This document shows, one piece after another, positions 5,936 to 6,337 of a DNA stretch of 6,337 bases. The notes under the pieces are model-generated. The model was not told where the DNA came from. It made no database searches and was given only the letters and a program-made list of their open reading frames with translations. The stretch spans positions 1 to 6,337 of the forward strand of contig JBDRBU010000033.1 in NCBI GenBank assembly GCA_043822305.1. Direction: 5' to 3'. A program made the translations under genes and the position numbers. Within the stretch, counting starts at the first letter, position 1. Every line of letters starts with the position of its first letter. This DNA comes from Candidatus Firestoneibacteriota bacterium (GTDB taxonomy: Bacteria > Oederibacteriota > D2-FULL-39-29 > JBDRBU01).

Positions 5936-6200
5936 CCAGAAATAATTAAGCGTCTCCTTCATGAAGTGTCAGCGATAATTTATTGAAACTTACATAGGCA
6001 CGAAATATTGATAATAACAGTCCCGAAAACAAATTCTCCCACCTCTTGCAGCGGTTATAAAACCTTTGAAATTATTTTTACTCCCATAAAAACAAAAATG
6101 TAAGCATCGTATTAGACGGATATGTTATGGATACTTATTTTCTGCTGTTTATTGGAAGTTTTACCTGGACGGTTTTATACTATTTTAAAATGAGAAGTTT

Positions 6201-6337
6201 TTATAAAGTTTTCGGAAAGAGATTATTATGAATTAAAACAGACGCTATTTGACCGGGGCTTACTTTAATCCCTTCATTTTCTCTGTAATATTTAGCTATC
6301 TTTTCAAGTTTAATCCAATCTTCATTAAAAAAAGGTA
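6201..6337 (-). CDS. 3' end of a convergent hypothetical gene (partial; ...PFFNEDWIKLEKIAKYYRENEGIKVSPGQIASVLIHNNLFPKTL*), possibly ribbon-helix-helix-like
   Basis: The minus-strand frame is open from the window edge (codon 6335-6333) to TAA at 6203-6201, 44 sense codons, with a protein-like two-helix pattern. Not in the ORF track because the start lies outside the window. Confidence 0.55.
   Translation of the reverse strand, partial: PFFNEDWIKLEKIAKYYRENEGIKVSPGQIASVLIHNNLFPKTL

Overview
AT-rich, accessory-looking bacterial locus. A predicted exported protein with a terminal Phe weakly suggests a diderm host. Order on the + strand: (1) a three-gene cluster encoding a Spo11/topoisomerase VI-A-like winged-helix + TOPRIM protein, a histone-fold protein with an extra C-terminal helical domain and basic tail, and a divergent HU/IHF-family protein; (2) a MazE/AbrB-MazF/PemK type II toxin-antitoxin pair with its own promoter and palindromic operator; (3) a small exported, possibly beta-barrel protein; (4) a ~1 kb non-coding, locally GC-richer region (about 3680-4540) with two large nested, branched inverted-repeat domains and several minus-strand GNA-triloop mini-hairpins; (5) a STAND-like/archaeal-type P-loop ATPase with a C-terminal winged helix, possibly followed by a decayed HNH remnant; (6) the 3' end of a convergent minus-strand gene. 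The two strongest candidates for new biology are the TOPRIM + histone + HU/IHF module and the large folded non-coding element. All family calls come from motif recognition by eye, not from database searches.
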